From Mytilus trossulus (taxonomy: Eukaryota), in assembly GCF_036588685.1 (NCBI RefSeq), contig NC_086379.1, positions 47,678,001 to 47,742,000 on the forward strand: a DNA stretch of 64,000 bases, read 5' to 3'. Shown piece after piece: positions 10,241 to 25,457 of this stretch (positions are counted from its first letter, which is position 1; each line of letters starts with the position of its first letter). Below the pieces are notes generated by a model that saw only the letters and a program-made list of their open reading frames with translations, searched no databases and was not told where the DNA came from. A program made the translations under genes and the position numbers.

Positions 10241-13200
10241 CTACACGTACATTGAATTACAGATACCAAATATTTCTAGGAAAACTGTCATTTAAATATA
10301 ATAATAAACAATTGTCGTTTTGAACAAAATGTCTAACGCTGAATAGTGCATAAGTTTGCCAATTAATTAAATATTTTATAGAAATAATTATAGATTGATG
10401 GCCTGTTTTAAATAATCTCTAGAACATTTCAACAACATTTTAACCTTGACAGTGCAACACAAACAGTTTTTACCCAAAAATACAATCCGAAATTTGCTTA
10501 TACATGAAGCTAGAGAGAAACCGTTTTACTTCAAGGTTGGGTAATGCTGGGTTTTTTTTCTTTGTACGAAAAAAAATCTCGCAAAAGCGAACACTTTTAT
10601 TTAGTTTTTCAACGATATCAATCAAAATATTTTGTTCAGTATGCCACACTGTATGATATGATATAAACCTTTGATTCATAGATTTTGTGTTTGTCCTCTG
10701 CTTGAACAGATTATTTTTATTATCAATTAGGGAATCAGAACCCCTTTTTCCCCTTTGAATTAAAATGTTCGTTCCCTTGAATAAATTATCACAAAATTAT
10801 GTTGGTTACCTACATGTATATAAATGTGTCCATTAAGTACATATTTACTATAGTCAACACTATAATACAAAAGGTATACGATATCTCGCCATCTTTATGT
10901 TCCGTTGTAGATTATAATCTATCTTTTATCGGTAATTTATCTCAATAATCTGAATGAACGAAGATGTTGGATAAACCTATATGGTATATTAAACATGTTA
11001 AAAGGATTTAAACCTTTATATGGAATCAAATGGGTTTCATTTTATGGTGTGAAAAGGTCAAAGATATCTACTCGAATTAAAAATCCACTGCTTCATAAGG
11101 TCAATCAAAGTTTGTTCCATTGTTAGCTCGATTTAAAGTTTATTATGTTGTAAACATTCATTTTCAATTCTGTCTTAATGTAAATTACACAGAAGATCAC
11201 CGTTTAAATTTCGCGCTTACGATAGTGAAATTATATAAGAACAACGTATCTAAAAGATACTGATAAAAGAAATGTTAACGTTGTATCATACAATTTTCCA
11301 ACAAAAAAAAAAGAGAAAACACCAACACGTTAATAATTTCATGCGTCCGATACGAACGAGACCACTAATTTACAGAAAGTGCGCAGATTAGAAAAAATAC
11401 AAAGCAGAAAAAAATATTCACTCGATATCTAAAAGCGCAACCACTCTAACATTCAGTTTACATGCAATAATAATAAATGTACTACTGAGGACCAATCGTG
11501 TTTTCCTTGCATTATGTTTTTCTTTTTGGGGTTTTTTTTGCGGTCGACTTCTTACTAATTACTCGTATACGTGGTTGTATTCTGTAGAAAAATTATAGTA
11601 ATAATAATATCTGTATTTAGAGAGTAACTCATTTGCATTACACCAATTTTTAATAAGGCTCTGAGTCTCCTAATACAATAATAATTACATTAAAAAATTT
11701 AACAACACATAGTCATTAATTATGATTTATGAAGATGCAATACAATTTAAATACAATCAACAATTAATATAAATTTAAGCATTACAGTACTATTGTTAAA
11801 AGTACATACTATTAGGTTTGTAGTGATGTTGCTTCTTTTACTTGGGCTGTCTTTATGCATGTGACTAATTCTAGAAACTTCAAACATGTCAAATTCCTTT
11901 CTGGTTATATATTCAATTATCGCAAATAATTAAAACAGAATTGTGCCTATAATTGAAATTTTGAATTAAAACATTCTTTTTTAAACGAGAGTTTTACGTC
12001 TTGATCAATTTCATTCTATTAGAGAATTTTAATAAGCTTTTGCCGTCTGCATTTGATGCGAATTCATTGGTAGCCATGTTTGAGGTTCACTTTTGATTTT
12101 AGTTTGAAATTTTACGGATTTCTAAATGCTAGTTACCGCTCCCTTGAATCATATCGGTTTATTAGCCCAACATAAACAAAGGACACGAAGAGGATGTGAA
12201 TCAAGCATCCCAGACAAATAAAAGGACTTTGTATCCCATATTGTCGAATTTGATTTCATGTGAAAAATATGTTTAACAATTACGGGGTGTAATTTCTCCT
12301 TAAAGCTAAATTTTAAACAGTGAAAACGCATTACTATTAAAGATATACATCAGAAGATATGGTATGAGTCAATATGATAACTCTAGCTTCAAGTCACGAT
12401 GTTTTAAAGTAAACAATTTTAACTCAAAGTACGGCTTTCAACATGGAGCTTTCAATTTAGACTCATATTGATTACTTGTAGTATGATTTACAGAACGAGG
12501 CAAACGATACCGAAAGGACAATCAAAAACCATTTTTGAGAATGATTATTCAACGGTGTTAGTGGTATGTGTCCCGATTATCAGGTTGTCTTCATATTGAT
12601 ATCGTAAAATACAAGTTGCTAGTCACAATAAGAAGTTTTTTGTCAAGTGAGCTCAGCAGAGTTATACATTTATAGATAGTGGAACGACTAAAAAGTATAT
12701 GTACTAAAAATGAGTACTTATATTGTCTACGTTAAAACTTTCCTTACATTTGAGATGGCTTACTTTTAAAGGTATGCATTATTGATATGATAAAATTTCA
12801 CATAAAAAGAATACCGTGCAGGTATTTAAAAGTGTATGAGAGTTATACGTATGCGTAATAAAATACATGTACAATGTAGCTTGTACTTAATATTCATTCA
12901 TGCGCTGTATGGGTATTGCACAGCAACAAATGGAAGTTTTTAACTACCTTGACTGGCTATGCAGCCCTTGAACAGTATTACAGTACATTGTTGTCATATG
13001 GTTTTCACGTCGATGCCTTTTATAGCCAACTATATGGTTTGCGATTTTCTCGTTGTTGAAGGCCGAACGGTTGTTTATAGGTCTGTACAATATTTGCATT
13101 CATCCCCATCCTTTGAACTCTTGTAAAGAGTTGTCTTATTTTCGTTCTTCATTATCGGCGCATTTTTGCTATCGTGATCCGTTTTTCTATAGTTTTATTC

Positions 13201-13578
13201 TTTATATTTTCGTGATCATGAAAATTTGTTTTCTGTGAATCGTGATTTACAAAAAAAAAATCAACTCGTGAAGTAAATCGTCACAAGACTACCCCCCCCC
13301 CCCCCCCCCTTAATCAGGCCCCGCATTGTTGAAATATAATGGAATTTTATGCGACTATCATACAAGTACAATGTAGTTCATTTGGCTCAAGTCAACTTGA
13401 TCAATACAGGTTTCATTCACGGAGTGTATTCAAATATCGTATTTTCATTTAATGTCGACACACTCCGATGACTTACTTCAAAATAAATTTTTGCTTTAAT
13501 ACACACAATACTATATTTACAAATTTAAAGATTACTTTAAACTACTCCATAAAAGACATTGTATATAAAAGTTATAAA

Positions 13579-13608
13579 ATGGAGAATGAAACTGATCAGA
13601 AGAAAAAG
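13579..13608 (+). CDS. Candidate first coding exon of the SEA-domain membrane protein (MENETDQKKK)
   Basis: aaaATGG start context, 10 codons, strong donor AAG|GTATGT in phase 0, compatible with the phase-0 acceptor at 50207. Confidence 0.45.
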
Positions 13609-16324
13609 GTATGTATCTTTTTATTTATTTATTCATTTACCTCAGAATTTATATTTCGTGTATCAGTATGTTGTAAACATTACAACAAGGCTCCGTATTC
13701 ACTGTCACTCATATCACATATTTTTATATTTATGTTTTACTTTTGCTATTTAGGGGCATTAAATTTATATCCGACTATGAAGGCCGTACGGTGACCTTTA
13801 CTTTTGATTTTTTTCTGTCATTTGGTCACTGGTGGAGAATTGTCTCAGTGGCAATCATACCACATCTTCTAATTTTTAAAATTGCAAAATCGTTATCGGA
13901 AATTTTTCCTTTGCTTTTACACTTGACTTGCCCTAGTGAGACTAAACGCGTGACTTTTCAGCAATTGGCGGTTACACGATCTCATACATGTATCATTTAG
14001 GGAAGGAAACACTATAAAAGTTCCTTTGAATTATGAAAACATATAAAATCGTACGTTTGCAAGAAAATTTATAAAAAAAAAAATAACGATAGATACAAGC
14101 CATGTACATAAAAGTTTTAAAATGTAATAATAGTATTATAAAAGAGTAAGCAAATCCATATACAATTCGATTTCGCATTCTGACTGTCAATTGAAATGGC
14201 CTTAAACACCCTTTTACATATATGTATCAGAACAGTACACCCCATTGCCCCTTCATTAACCTCTTATAAAAATCAATTGAAACTTCCTCAGAATCCTAAT
14301 CGTTCTAGGTATTTTTTTCCATTTTGATTCTCTTAATTTTGTTTTGGATTCCCAAAGCAAATCTCAGAAATTGCTATGCCGGAATATGGGGTTGGGCAGT
14401 TTTGTCAGTTTGCGAGCTTCGCTACTTTTAGGATGTGATGTTATTCTCACTGAGTAACGAATGTGGAAGTTTAAGCAAATTTGGCGAAGGAAACCCTGTT
14501 TAACTGATGTTTAAATTTTTACAATATTTTGTATTTAAAACATACAAACAATAACACTCAAGGCATAATAAATCACTAAAATCCAGATTGTTAGTGCAAA
14601 TCCAGGTAAGTTTCAAGCTAGACTAAGTGCCTATAATCATAACTTTAGCATTTCAAAACATTTCAAAAAGTGTTATTTTAGATTTAATATATATGCGTTC
14701 GCTAATGTTATTTAAACTCATTCACTCCAAGTTATGTTTTTGCAAAATTTTATGATATGGAAAATGTATCCGTAATTTTATGGTAATTGTTTTGAAAATG
14801 CCATTAAGTTTTAACATTGAACATGCAAACTGTAATTTTGTTGAAACGAACACAAAGGTGACTGGGAGTTTACAATTGCATTGTATACCTTTTGTTTTCA
14901 CGTTTGGCAGAGAGATCTATGCCGAGTAGGTAGAATCCAATTGTCTGTGCTGGATCATGTAGAACATCCGATATAAACTCAAATTCTAAATTAGATACCC
15001 CTTTTGAGGGCCATAGCTAATTTGACTTTTTATTTTAAAATAATTTTTGCAGCAACTTTTGAAGGGATTCGTTGATGGAATGTCGCAAGGCTAAAAATCT
15101 TACCTTGTATCTTCGATTATATATTTCCAAAATTTCGGCATTTTTTACACAAAAAAACTGGTAAGACTTTTGTACGATTACGACTTCTAAACAAAATAAA
15201 TTGTTACCAATATAACATGAGATATAATTAAACTACGACTATCTCTAATCTCATATAATATGTTATCTAATTAAAATGCGAAACTAACGACAACTATTGT
15301 TTGGTTTGACCGGGAACACTAACTGTTATACGAAGCAAATGAATTCAAATTCGGGTTACAAAAACAATCACGCAAGCAAGCAACCAAAAGATCGCTGTCG
15401 TTTCGTCAAAATTGATTTCATTTCGATTACATCATTCCTAGCTCAAATGCATTGCCACTTATAATTATCTGCAGTTTTTTCTTCAGTTCAATTTATTTTT
15501 ACAAGAAATACAAATATGCATGATTTATATTATCAGTAGAAAATCGCATATTTGTAAGATCAGATATATACTTTAAAAGTTAAAAACAAAGAAACACCTT
15601 CCCTTAAGGGTATTTCAAAATAAAATCATAGTGCAGTATTACGTGTTATTGTATGTACACACTGAGGTTTTAGCTTCATTCTATATCCTAAAATTATGTT
15701 GAAAGACTATTATCTGATAGTAAAATTGGTTATCCATAGTTTAAAAGGAACGATAACGGGGAAGAACTGAATTATTCTGGTTAAAAAATTGGTAAATTTT
15801 CAATGCATATATCTTCATTTGTTTTATATTTTAAAAGCGTTATAGAGGGGTCGATTTGATGTTGTTTGTGTATAACTATAAAACATATCTGACAATATAA
15901 ATTTATGTAACCTTAATCTGATTAAACATGAGACGAGTTTATCTATATGATACTGACAATTTCAAAACTCTTATCTGACAGCGCTCCGTTTCACTTCTTG
16001 TTTTGACGACTATGTGATCCTTAAGTTTTGTGATCATATTGCAATAATCCTTGTTCGCAAAGCGCGGATGTCAAACGAACCATTCAGGTACCAAACGCAG
16101 GCGTTTGTGTTTTTTTTCAAATAAAATATAAACACACAAATACCAAAAAATGGGGGATCCACTCCACAAACAAAGGCCTGTGGAACCAATCTCGATAATC
16201 GGGTATCTTATAACATTATTATAGAATATAGACTTCCAATTGTATTTTTAAAAGCACTGTTAACTGTAAATGCAATATGTCTATGCGTATAGGTATATGT
16301 ATATGAGCAGTAGTTTCTGCAGTT

Positions 16325-16600
16325 TGTGCCTGTCCCAAGTCAGGAGTCTTTGGCCTTTGTTAGTCTTGTATGATTTTTTATTTTTAATTTTAGTTTCTTG
16401 TGTATAATTCGGAGTTTAGTATGACGTCCATTATCTCTGTACTAGTATACATATTTTTAAGGGGCAAGGTGCAGCACGCATAAGGGTGCTGGAGTTTCTC
16501 GCTACATGGAAGACCCATTGGTGGCCTTCGGCTCTTGTCTGCTCTATGGTAGGGTTGTTGTCGCTTTGACACATTCACCATTTTCTTTCTCAACTTAATC
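16325..16600 (+). repeat. Partial copy of the 35273-35746 SINE-like repeat
   Basis: gcctgtcccaagtcaggag...ttgacacattc.ccatt is colinear with 35481-35746. Confidence 0.8.
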
Positions 16601-19518
16601 AATCAAAAGAGTTGTTCCAGCTGTCACTTGCTAGATCAAGTCTATATTCTCGTCCTTTGTTGTTATGTAAAGGAAGGTCATTTCAAGTATTCAAGCATTT
16701 AATTTAGTCAGTTCGATGACGTCTTTGTCAATATCGTTTATCAAAGATATCTCAGTGATTTGAAACATTCGGTTCTACTGGTATTATAAAAAGAAAAAAA
16801 ATAGATATAGTATGATTGCCATTTAGTATGGATGTTGTAGTTTTTATAACCAGAAATTGTTTAAAGAAGGTTAAACATTGGTTTTTTTTCTTTTCGTGCA
16901 ACGTGTTTTGCTGCTTTAATGTCACGTGCAGACGTGAAAGAGGTTCGTTATTCACCGTGTTTCGTGAAATCGGTAAAAAATCAACGTGCAAGACATTCAT
17001 TTTCAATTGTTCGTTCATCCTTAAATGGAAATTTTATTTCGCGTTCTTACGTACCCCCAACCCCCTTTACACGACTCTCTTTATAGTTACTTGTGGACAG
17101 AAAAATGTTTTTCGACTTCCATCCTTCTTTCAAAAATTCGTTATTTTTTTTCTTCTTTTTTAATTGAATTTACGTGTTTATGTATGCAATGGACTTACAT
17201 ATACAAATGTACTAGAAATAACTGGTATTCGCTATTTATTACTATATCAATTACAAGTATACTATCCATAGCAGTCACTAATATACTATAGAGATATCGG
17301 TGACTGCTGTGCATAGTAAACTTGAATTTTATAGTCGATATCAAATGCAAGTTATTTTTAGCTATTTATGTTCGTAAAATGCAGATTCTGAAACAATGGA
17401 GAGCACTCACATAAAATTTTCATGTCACAAAGTACGTCCTCTGAAATTGTTGGGAAATACTACGGTAACCATGAATACCGCTCAAATGTTTAATGTTGCT
17501 ACGGGCCGTCTTTAACTTTTCTGTGGGAGGGAGACTTCATTAATTAATTGACAGAGTCAGTAAAGCAAATGTATGAATATGAATCTGGAAGCTAGAGATG
17601 TGCATACCAACTATTCAAATATAATGTAGCACTATGAAGTTAATTTAGTAGAACATGAAACAAACAATCTTCAAGAACACGAAGAACAGAATTGTCTCTC
17701 ATCGATAATGTTTTGCGTTGACTGAGGTGACTTATAAGTTTGTGTTTAACAACAAATATATGTGTTCTTAAGTATAAATATAAAAGATTGCCTGTTATAA
17801 TTTTCTTCACTGTCCAAGCGCCAATGGAGTATTCCTGTGAAAAAAGGTCTCTAAATTGCCAGGAACATACTCATAATTAAATTAAAAAAAATATTACATA
17901 AACTATTACAATATATACAAATGACTTATTATACATCATCGTGGTCTTCCATATTGAAAAGTAAGTGGTCCCTGCTACAGAAGATGAAACAAATAGTCAG
18001 TCAAAAAACGGAAGCTAGCGGTTTAATGTATACGCATTCTAGATTTCTATCTTTCTTTCTTGCAATAATCACTATCAAATTATAGCAATTTTACAAGTAG
18101 GACATTTACAAATACAAAAATCATTTATTAATTAGGTCAGTAAAGTGCGTTGAACTTGTTTTCACAATACTATTGAAAACAAAATATTTCAAAAGTTAAA
18201 CATGTCTTTGCTCTAATTGCCCAATCAGGTGAAAGAAAATTGAGAAAATGAAATATTATGTGTCACAAGCACGTTTGTCGTAGACAAATCACTATTATTA
18301 AATCAACTTTAGAAGGAAACTTTATTTTATGGAAAGCACTCAGAGATTTTATCATTTACGGAACCGTCGCAAGTGAGTAACTTAGCATGTTCCAATTTCC
18401 GGTAATTGCAGACGACCTTGAGGAATGATGTATTTACCGCGTGCTACTTTGTAGTGCGTTTTGCTTAAAATTGGTAAAAACTTATTATTCATTTCCCGTT
18501 TGGCTATGATAGTCTAAAAGCATCAAGACAAATATTCTCTTACGAAAGAAAAAGATATTTGTTTGAACTTCCGATTATATTTGACTGGCAAAAGTAATTC
18601 ATATAAATGTACTTATATGCAATGTAATGTAACTAATGTGTTTTTCTGTATATACCTTCGTCTAACTTAGGTGATACCAGAATAAAATGATATATATAAG
18701 AGTAATATTTAGGGGGAAAGGTTACTAGGTCTTATTGAACGTAAATTTATACAAATGTAATTAATACAGTGCAGATATTGAACGATAATATAACACATCA
18801 TATACACGCTAGAATTTAAAAAGATTGAAACAAAGCCAAAGAAAGTCTGAGTTAGTCCGAAATCGAAACTAGCACAAGATCTGGCCGGCTTGTCTATTCT
18901 CGTACATGTATGACATTTACTACATGTACCTGTTAAATTTTGATAACAGCATGCCATATTTTTTAAATATTTACTTATTTTGTTTGCAGTGTTAGTTTCA
19001 AATTTGTGTCCGATTAATTAAGATATATTTTCAATTCCCGCGCGACAATAATTGCAAATTTTCAATAACAGCTTCGAGGAAACTTTAAATACTAGTTTTA
19101 TGCGCGAAAAAGGAAACAAGACATTAAATCAAATTAGTTGAGCTACATTTAACCTCTATAGTCGTATTGTGTTAATTCATACATCGAACTCCCAATGTAG
19201 TAATGACGTTGTTGTTCTTGCTATTCAACCTGACAATCATTCATTTTGCGCATGCTCTGCTTCTCTCTCTGGAGTACAGTGCATACAGTTCATCTTAAAT
19301 TCGATTTGTTTCGTATTCTCGGTCTGTTTATTGTTATTAATGATATTTTCTAGTATGAAACGATCTTTTATTTTCACAAAATAGAGTCCTTTAGAATAAC
19401 TGCTAACTAAGATTGAATACTCATAATTATATAAACAAATTTACTCGATAATTTAAAGAAGACGTTGCATAAACTATTAAAAAAGGACAATTGGGTTATG
19501 ATAATAGACAGTATATAT

Positions 19519-19685
19519 ATAGATTCTTACATTGATACCAGTGGATTATCGGATTTATCCAATCGAGATAGTTAAATTATCAATTTTTAAGTTCGAGCCG
19601 CCTCGGCGAGTACTTTAAAATTTATAATTTAACTATCGAGATTGGATAAATCCGATAATCCACGAGTAACTATGTAAGAATCTGT
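19519..19685. mobile_element. Fold-back hairpin element 2 (~167 bp)
   Basis: gtggattatcggatttatccaatc / gattggataaatccgataatccac arms; cap GCCG-CCT-CGGC at 19597-19607. Confidence 0.85.
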
Positions 19686-22600
19686 TTCTCTAATGATTAA
19701 AAAGACATTTTCTTTTTTGTTTACCGAAAATCCCCTTCGAGTGCCTTTCACATTGCACGAAGTTGTCAATTTCATTAACACCTGTTATCATATTTTGGTT
19801 CATCCAGTTAGCTAAAAAGGTCATGACCCTTAAAATCATCCAATGATCTTCTGAGATCACCAGCAACCCCACGTTGATTAAATTTTTTTATACAATGGGT
19901 TCGAAAAGGGATAAATTTCAATAGAATTAGAGAAATATATATATCTGAACACAGGGATTAAAAATAAGCATTGTAGTCAGTAACTGTTCTTTCTCATATT
20001 ATGTAATTTCTAAAGATAAATGCATTATAATAAATTATAGGTTGATATGATTTGAACCATTTTGTTCGAAAATGCCATAAGTTCACGTGTTATCAATATG
20101 ATGTCATATGTACATGTTATAAAATAAGCATGCCTCCGAATTGAGCATAAACGGTAAGAAAGTTCGATGTATCTCTTTAACCACTTAGACACTGAAAAAA
20201 ATTCAAGCGGCGAATAAAATTTTCAGATTTCCTTTCCATTTAGATTTTTTGTCAATCATCATGAAGACCAGACGATTTTCCGTAATTTTGTACCGTGAAT
20301 TCCATATGTCTTTCCGTATCACAACTTATAAATCATCTGGTAGGTAACGAATTATCTCATGGAAAACACTAGCTAGGTAGCACCTAACTCAGTAATATAC
20401 ATCAGTATCTGACCATAATGTTTTACGTTTATAAATTTTTATTTGGATGGAGAGTTGTCTCACTGGCACTCACTACACATTTTCCGATATCTATATAACG
20501 TTGCCTAGTATAGGTAGGCCTTTACACGAACGGATAAGTCATCAACATGACAGTAACATCTTTGTATCAGAATACAATTTGGGTGTATAATATGGCTTTA
20601 AAGTAAAACGTTCATATCAAAATATTAAAGACATCATCTGTCAGCGGGTCCCCCTTACAAAAAGTTATGGATCAGCCATTGTTAAGACTTCTCCTCTGAA
20701 ACTACGTGGTCAACTTTAACCAAACTTGGCCATAATCATTATCGGGGTATCTAGTTGAATAAATGTGTTCGACGGCCCCGCCTACTTACCAACATTCCCG
20801 CTATTAGGTCACAAGCACTATGTAACGAATTTAAAAGTATCTTACCGACTATCTTAATTAACATGTGGTATCTAGTCTAGTGTCCTACAAAAGTTATCAA
20901 GTCTTCAAAACTGTTACTATTATGAACCAACTTCCATTGGTCTATTTATTCAAAAACCAATGCCAACAATAACAACTTGTTAGCTTTAAATTAGTTGTAT
21001 GGAATTAATTTCTATCTTTCATTATTCATTTAATCGTCTGTTGAAACATTTAAGATTTGTTTCCCACCCCCATGTTGTTTGTAGAAACAAGGAACACAAC
21101 TCCACTACTAACCCAATATGGAAACTTACTAACCTGATATGGCACCTTACTAACCTAATATGGAATATACACGAGGTTGCTCTTAACTAACTATTCTTCG
21201 AAATGTATAGGAGGTAAGATAATATTATAGATAGAGAAACTAAGTTCAGCAAAGTAAGATCTACAAAAAGTCAAGTGCCCAAAATTGTCAATTGACCCCT
21301 TAAGGATCTTAGGCCCTTTATAGTCATTTTTCTTCAAATTTTGTAATTTCCTCCTCTATAACCTCACAGCCAAATTCAATCAAACTTAAATTGGCCACAA
21401 TCATAGTAAGAGCATCTAGACTTATATAAATGACTCCGCCTACGAACCTGCCAACATGGCTGCCATAGCTAAAAATATAACATACATGTAGGGGGATGCA
21501 AGTTTGGCCTATTTCTCTGAAACTACAGCAAAAGTATAATGTGTTTTTGTTTTTTTTGCATCAATTGTAACCAAATATAACAGATAAGCGACATATGCTC
21601 ATTGGAGCCTCTATGTTTATATTATTAGATAAATGTAAGTTAATAATTCATTATGCATTGATGCGAACGTTCGAAATGTTATTAAATGATTAAAACGAAA
21701 TTTAGTCTTACATAATTATTGTTTTTTGTGCATTCATATTTCCATATTCGCAAGTTAGCGGAAAGTAAACAATAAAAAATCTAATATTCTATGAATACAA
21801 TTTTTATACAACATACGGATTCACAATATTGATAATTCTTTTTCATATTTTTTGAAAAGTTTTATGTCGTTGTGTTTATCTTAAAAACAAGTTTCCTCGG
21901 TAGTTTGAACAAAACTTTTACATTATAATTGGGCAAAGATTAGAAAGTAATGATTTAATCTAAATGTAAATCTAGAAATTCCAGTTGGCTCAAGTTATTC
22001 TTTTCCATTTATATAATAATTTGTTTTATATTTTCCATTTCTAATTGAATATTGGCTGTAGAAGAGATTTTCTGACTAGTTTCTTTTAAATCTTATTATT
22101 ATAGCATCGTGAAATATAAGGTGTCAAACATGTAGGTCTTTAAAACGATTTAACCTCGATGTCAAGGTCTAGTGATCATTGTTATGTTGTTGGTTTTTAT
22201 CAAAATTAGCGGTAAAAAAAAGAAGAATATTAAGGCTATTTAATGTTTATAATGGTAAATGTGATCTCAAAATGTAACTTCTCTCAAGAACACATGTAAA
22301 AAAAGGTGAATTACAGAGGAAAATCATTAACCATGATAAACCGACAAAACAAATTTTAAAGCAAAAATAAAAAGCTAAATGACAAATACGATTCTGCAAA
22401 ATACAGTTAATTGGTACCGTTATAACGTTTTTATAAGATATGTAAATCCTGTTCGCTTCCAGTGCGGGACGTCTTTTGTTCACACTTATATATGTACTTA
22501 TAAACAGTAACAGATAGCGAATATTATCGTTATTCAATTATACATGTAACAATATAGCGGAGCATGATACACACATGTTTTCTTACGTTTTTAAGATATA

Positions 22601-22994
22601 ATCTAGTTTTACTGTTCATTGATCTTGATTTTTCGCTTTAAATTTAAGATTTTTGTACTATGTAAAATTTATATGAATGTACTGTATTTGTCCGCTTTTA
22701 ATTCCACTTCAAAATATACTTTGACAGAAGATGTGCATATTAAAATTATGTATTTGTGTGATCTCGATTGTATAGCTTAGTTTTAGACGATATGGTTTGG
22801 ACAAAGGGAATTTCGTTGATCTGTAATTTAGTGAATGTGTTAGTTCAGTAGCAAATAGTACAGTGCTGACGTAATTAGTTTACAACATGCTAATGTGATA
22901 TGAATAGTTTGTGTTATTCTGTATCAAAAAGCTTCAAATGTAGACTCATGTCCTCAAACTTATAACATGCAACCTATTAAAAAACATAATTCTT

Positions 22995-23670
22995 ATATCC
23001 AGCCCTCCCTCACAGCACACTCACCGCTACAAAATGTATCTAAAATAAATTTAGTTCGTTGTGAGGTCGCGGTATGAGTGGCATAACAGTGTACATTTTC
23101 GTTGTTTACACGATGCTTCTACGTCTTCATCCCGTTTCTACAACAATTCCGCTACGATATACAACGTTCTCACCACTTTTTTCTACGACACTACGATAAT
23201 CACGATCGTACTACGCTCACCACGTTCTCATTACGACCGTACCACGATTATGCGATTTCATAACGATCTTACCAAGCTTCTACAGAAATTGTAGTACGCT
23301 TACCACGTGCATACTGCGATCTACGTGATGGTTGTTGTGAGACCATAGTTACGTTGATGTGATATAACAGCGAAGTCCAACTAGAATTGTGATATCGCTG
23401 TACGCTCTTGCTACGCTCTTGCTTCGATGATAAAAGTACCTTACTATCTCACTACGCATCTACTACGACCCGATTTCGCCACAATTACAAGACAATTGTA
23501 CATGTTTGAACTTGTTCAATGTTGGTCCAAGCTCATCACGATCACGAAGACCCCACCACGACCGTACCACGACGTTACTGAGATCAACACGATCGCACTA
23601 CGATCGTCAATATCCGCAAATTTTTTTCAGAGTTCGTAGAGTGATCGTTAACTAGTATGACTGGGGTATA
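22995..23670. mobile_element. Degenerate MITE-like element with cryptic (C/T)ACG-rich internal repeats
   Basis: Dense ctacga/ccacga/tcacga motifs at 23100-23640; the right end gtatgactggggtata resembles a Harbinger-type TIR, but the left TIR is poorly conserved. Confidence 0.5.
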
Positions 23671-25176
23671 TATCAACAGACACCTTTTAGCTTTTTATAT
23701 AGCCGATCAGGCGATGCCGGATGTATTAACTTTGTTGATGTATTTATATAATAGAAGATTTAAACATTTGCTGCGATTAATATAATCGCGTTATTTCCAG
23801 CTAGATTTGCTTTTTAAAGCTTGGTGTCTGGATGGACAGACGTTATACCCGATGTCTGTCCATCCGTCGTTGCTAACTTTTTTAAATCCTCTGACACTAA
23901 GTTGTGTTGTGCTAAGCAAGTTAAATGATTTATAAATAATAAACGTTATTTCGAAAATCGGAAAGAGACTTATACATAGTTGTGCATCAGATCTGACGTA
24001 ACAGTTTGCATTTTTGATCTTGTTTCAATTGGTAAATGGTCGTAACATTCCGTAATAATAAGTGAACCTCCATGATTCCAGACGATTAGTGCATCCTAAG
24101 AATAAGTATTTTGGTTAATTATATTTATGTCTTATTATTAGTTGATTGGCATGTAGAGAAGCTGTACCAATTGTTGTATTCTGGTTTTCTGTTTGACTAA
24201 AATCAACAAACAAGAAATATTTATGGATAGCTTTTTCATTGTAATATACAAGATTGTTTTTTTATTGTATAATAGCATCTCGTGCTGTGTAAAATAATTG
24301 TACGATTTGTCAATTACAAATAACAGCGCGACACGACCTAAAGAAATTGACTTTCTTTCCGAAGTTAAACATGCTATAACCCATTTGTTTTTCACATCAG
24401 TCTTCCAGATCAAAGCATATTATTACAGTCATTTCCAGGAGACGCATTCTATTAAACCGCTATGAAATATTCAATCTCTAATTGTCTTTGTTGTCAAACA
24501 CTAATTAAGGGTTCTACAAAACGTTTTGCTGTCGTAGATTTTCTTTTTGTCATGGAAAACGCTGCAAAGATAAAGAACGTCATCCGGGAGAATACAAATT
24601 ATTATATTGGTTTGCCAACATTTGATATAATTTGAAATAATCTATTTTTCTTCTAATACGAGTGATTTAAGCCATTGCAGACGACAGTTAATCGCGCGTG
24701 CTAGGGCTTCGAATATTTTCATCGAATGTCTAATTTTCTTTTATAAAGAAAGATTGATGTTTAAATAGTGGTCACAACACATTTAAAAAGTGCTTTAAAA
24801 CTATTTAAGCTGAAAGGAAAAGTTCACTGTTTGCTCTGAAAATCGTATAGAAGGACCCAATAGAAATCCAGCCATTTTTGTTTATCTTGTGTCTATGAAC
24901 GTGTTAATGTTCATCGGTCAGTAATACCGCGAGGACATGATAATTGGTTAATTAACAGACTACTAATTACATGTAATGTTGTGGGAGTTATATCTATGTT
25001 GAACACCTCAGAACTATGTGGAACCGTAACAATTACTTATTCTATTAAGTATAAAACTTTGAGTACAAACGGGTGCTTTCAGCGTTAATTTTGACGTTTT
25101 ATGTGACTTGTGATGTTTTTATAGTGAATACAATGGTTGAATTTATATTTTTACGAGAGTGACCATATTTGAACTC

Positions 25177-25236
25177 ATGCCACACATACGTAAAGAACGA
25201 GACAGAAGGGAACTTTTGTATGGATTATGTTTTGAC
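25177..25236 (+). CDS. Second candidate alternative first exon (MPHIRKERDRRELLYGLCFD)
   Basis: ATG plus 20 codons ending exactly at a consensus GTAAGT donor in phase 0. Confidence 0.35.
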
Positions 25237-25457
25237 GTAAGTATCGTATAATCAAATTGAGTCTTTTTTTAAAGATCGGAAGAATCTAAATGACAAAATT
25301 AAACACATAAAATATAGATTCGTTAAGCAGGTCGGACATTTATAATGGTGTTAAAACACAAAATGTTATTGGAAAAAAAGTGTCTACATAGTTAAATTCA
25401 CTGTATCTTGTTTACTTTTATTTTTTACATAATTACACCTTATGTAAGAATCCTGGG

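Noticed and set aside
18329-18378. ATG-initiated mini-exon ending at a GTGAGT donor
   Set aside because: It ends in phase 2, incompatible with the phase-0 acceptor at 50207; no other support.
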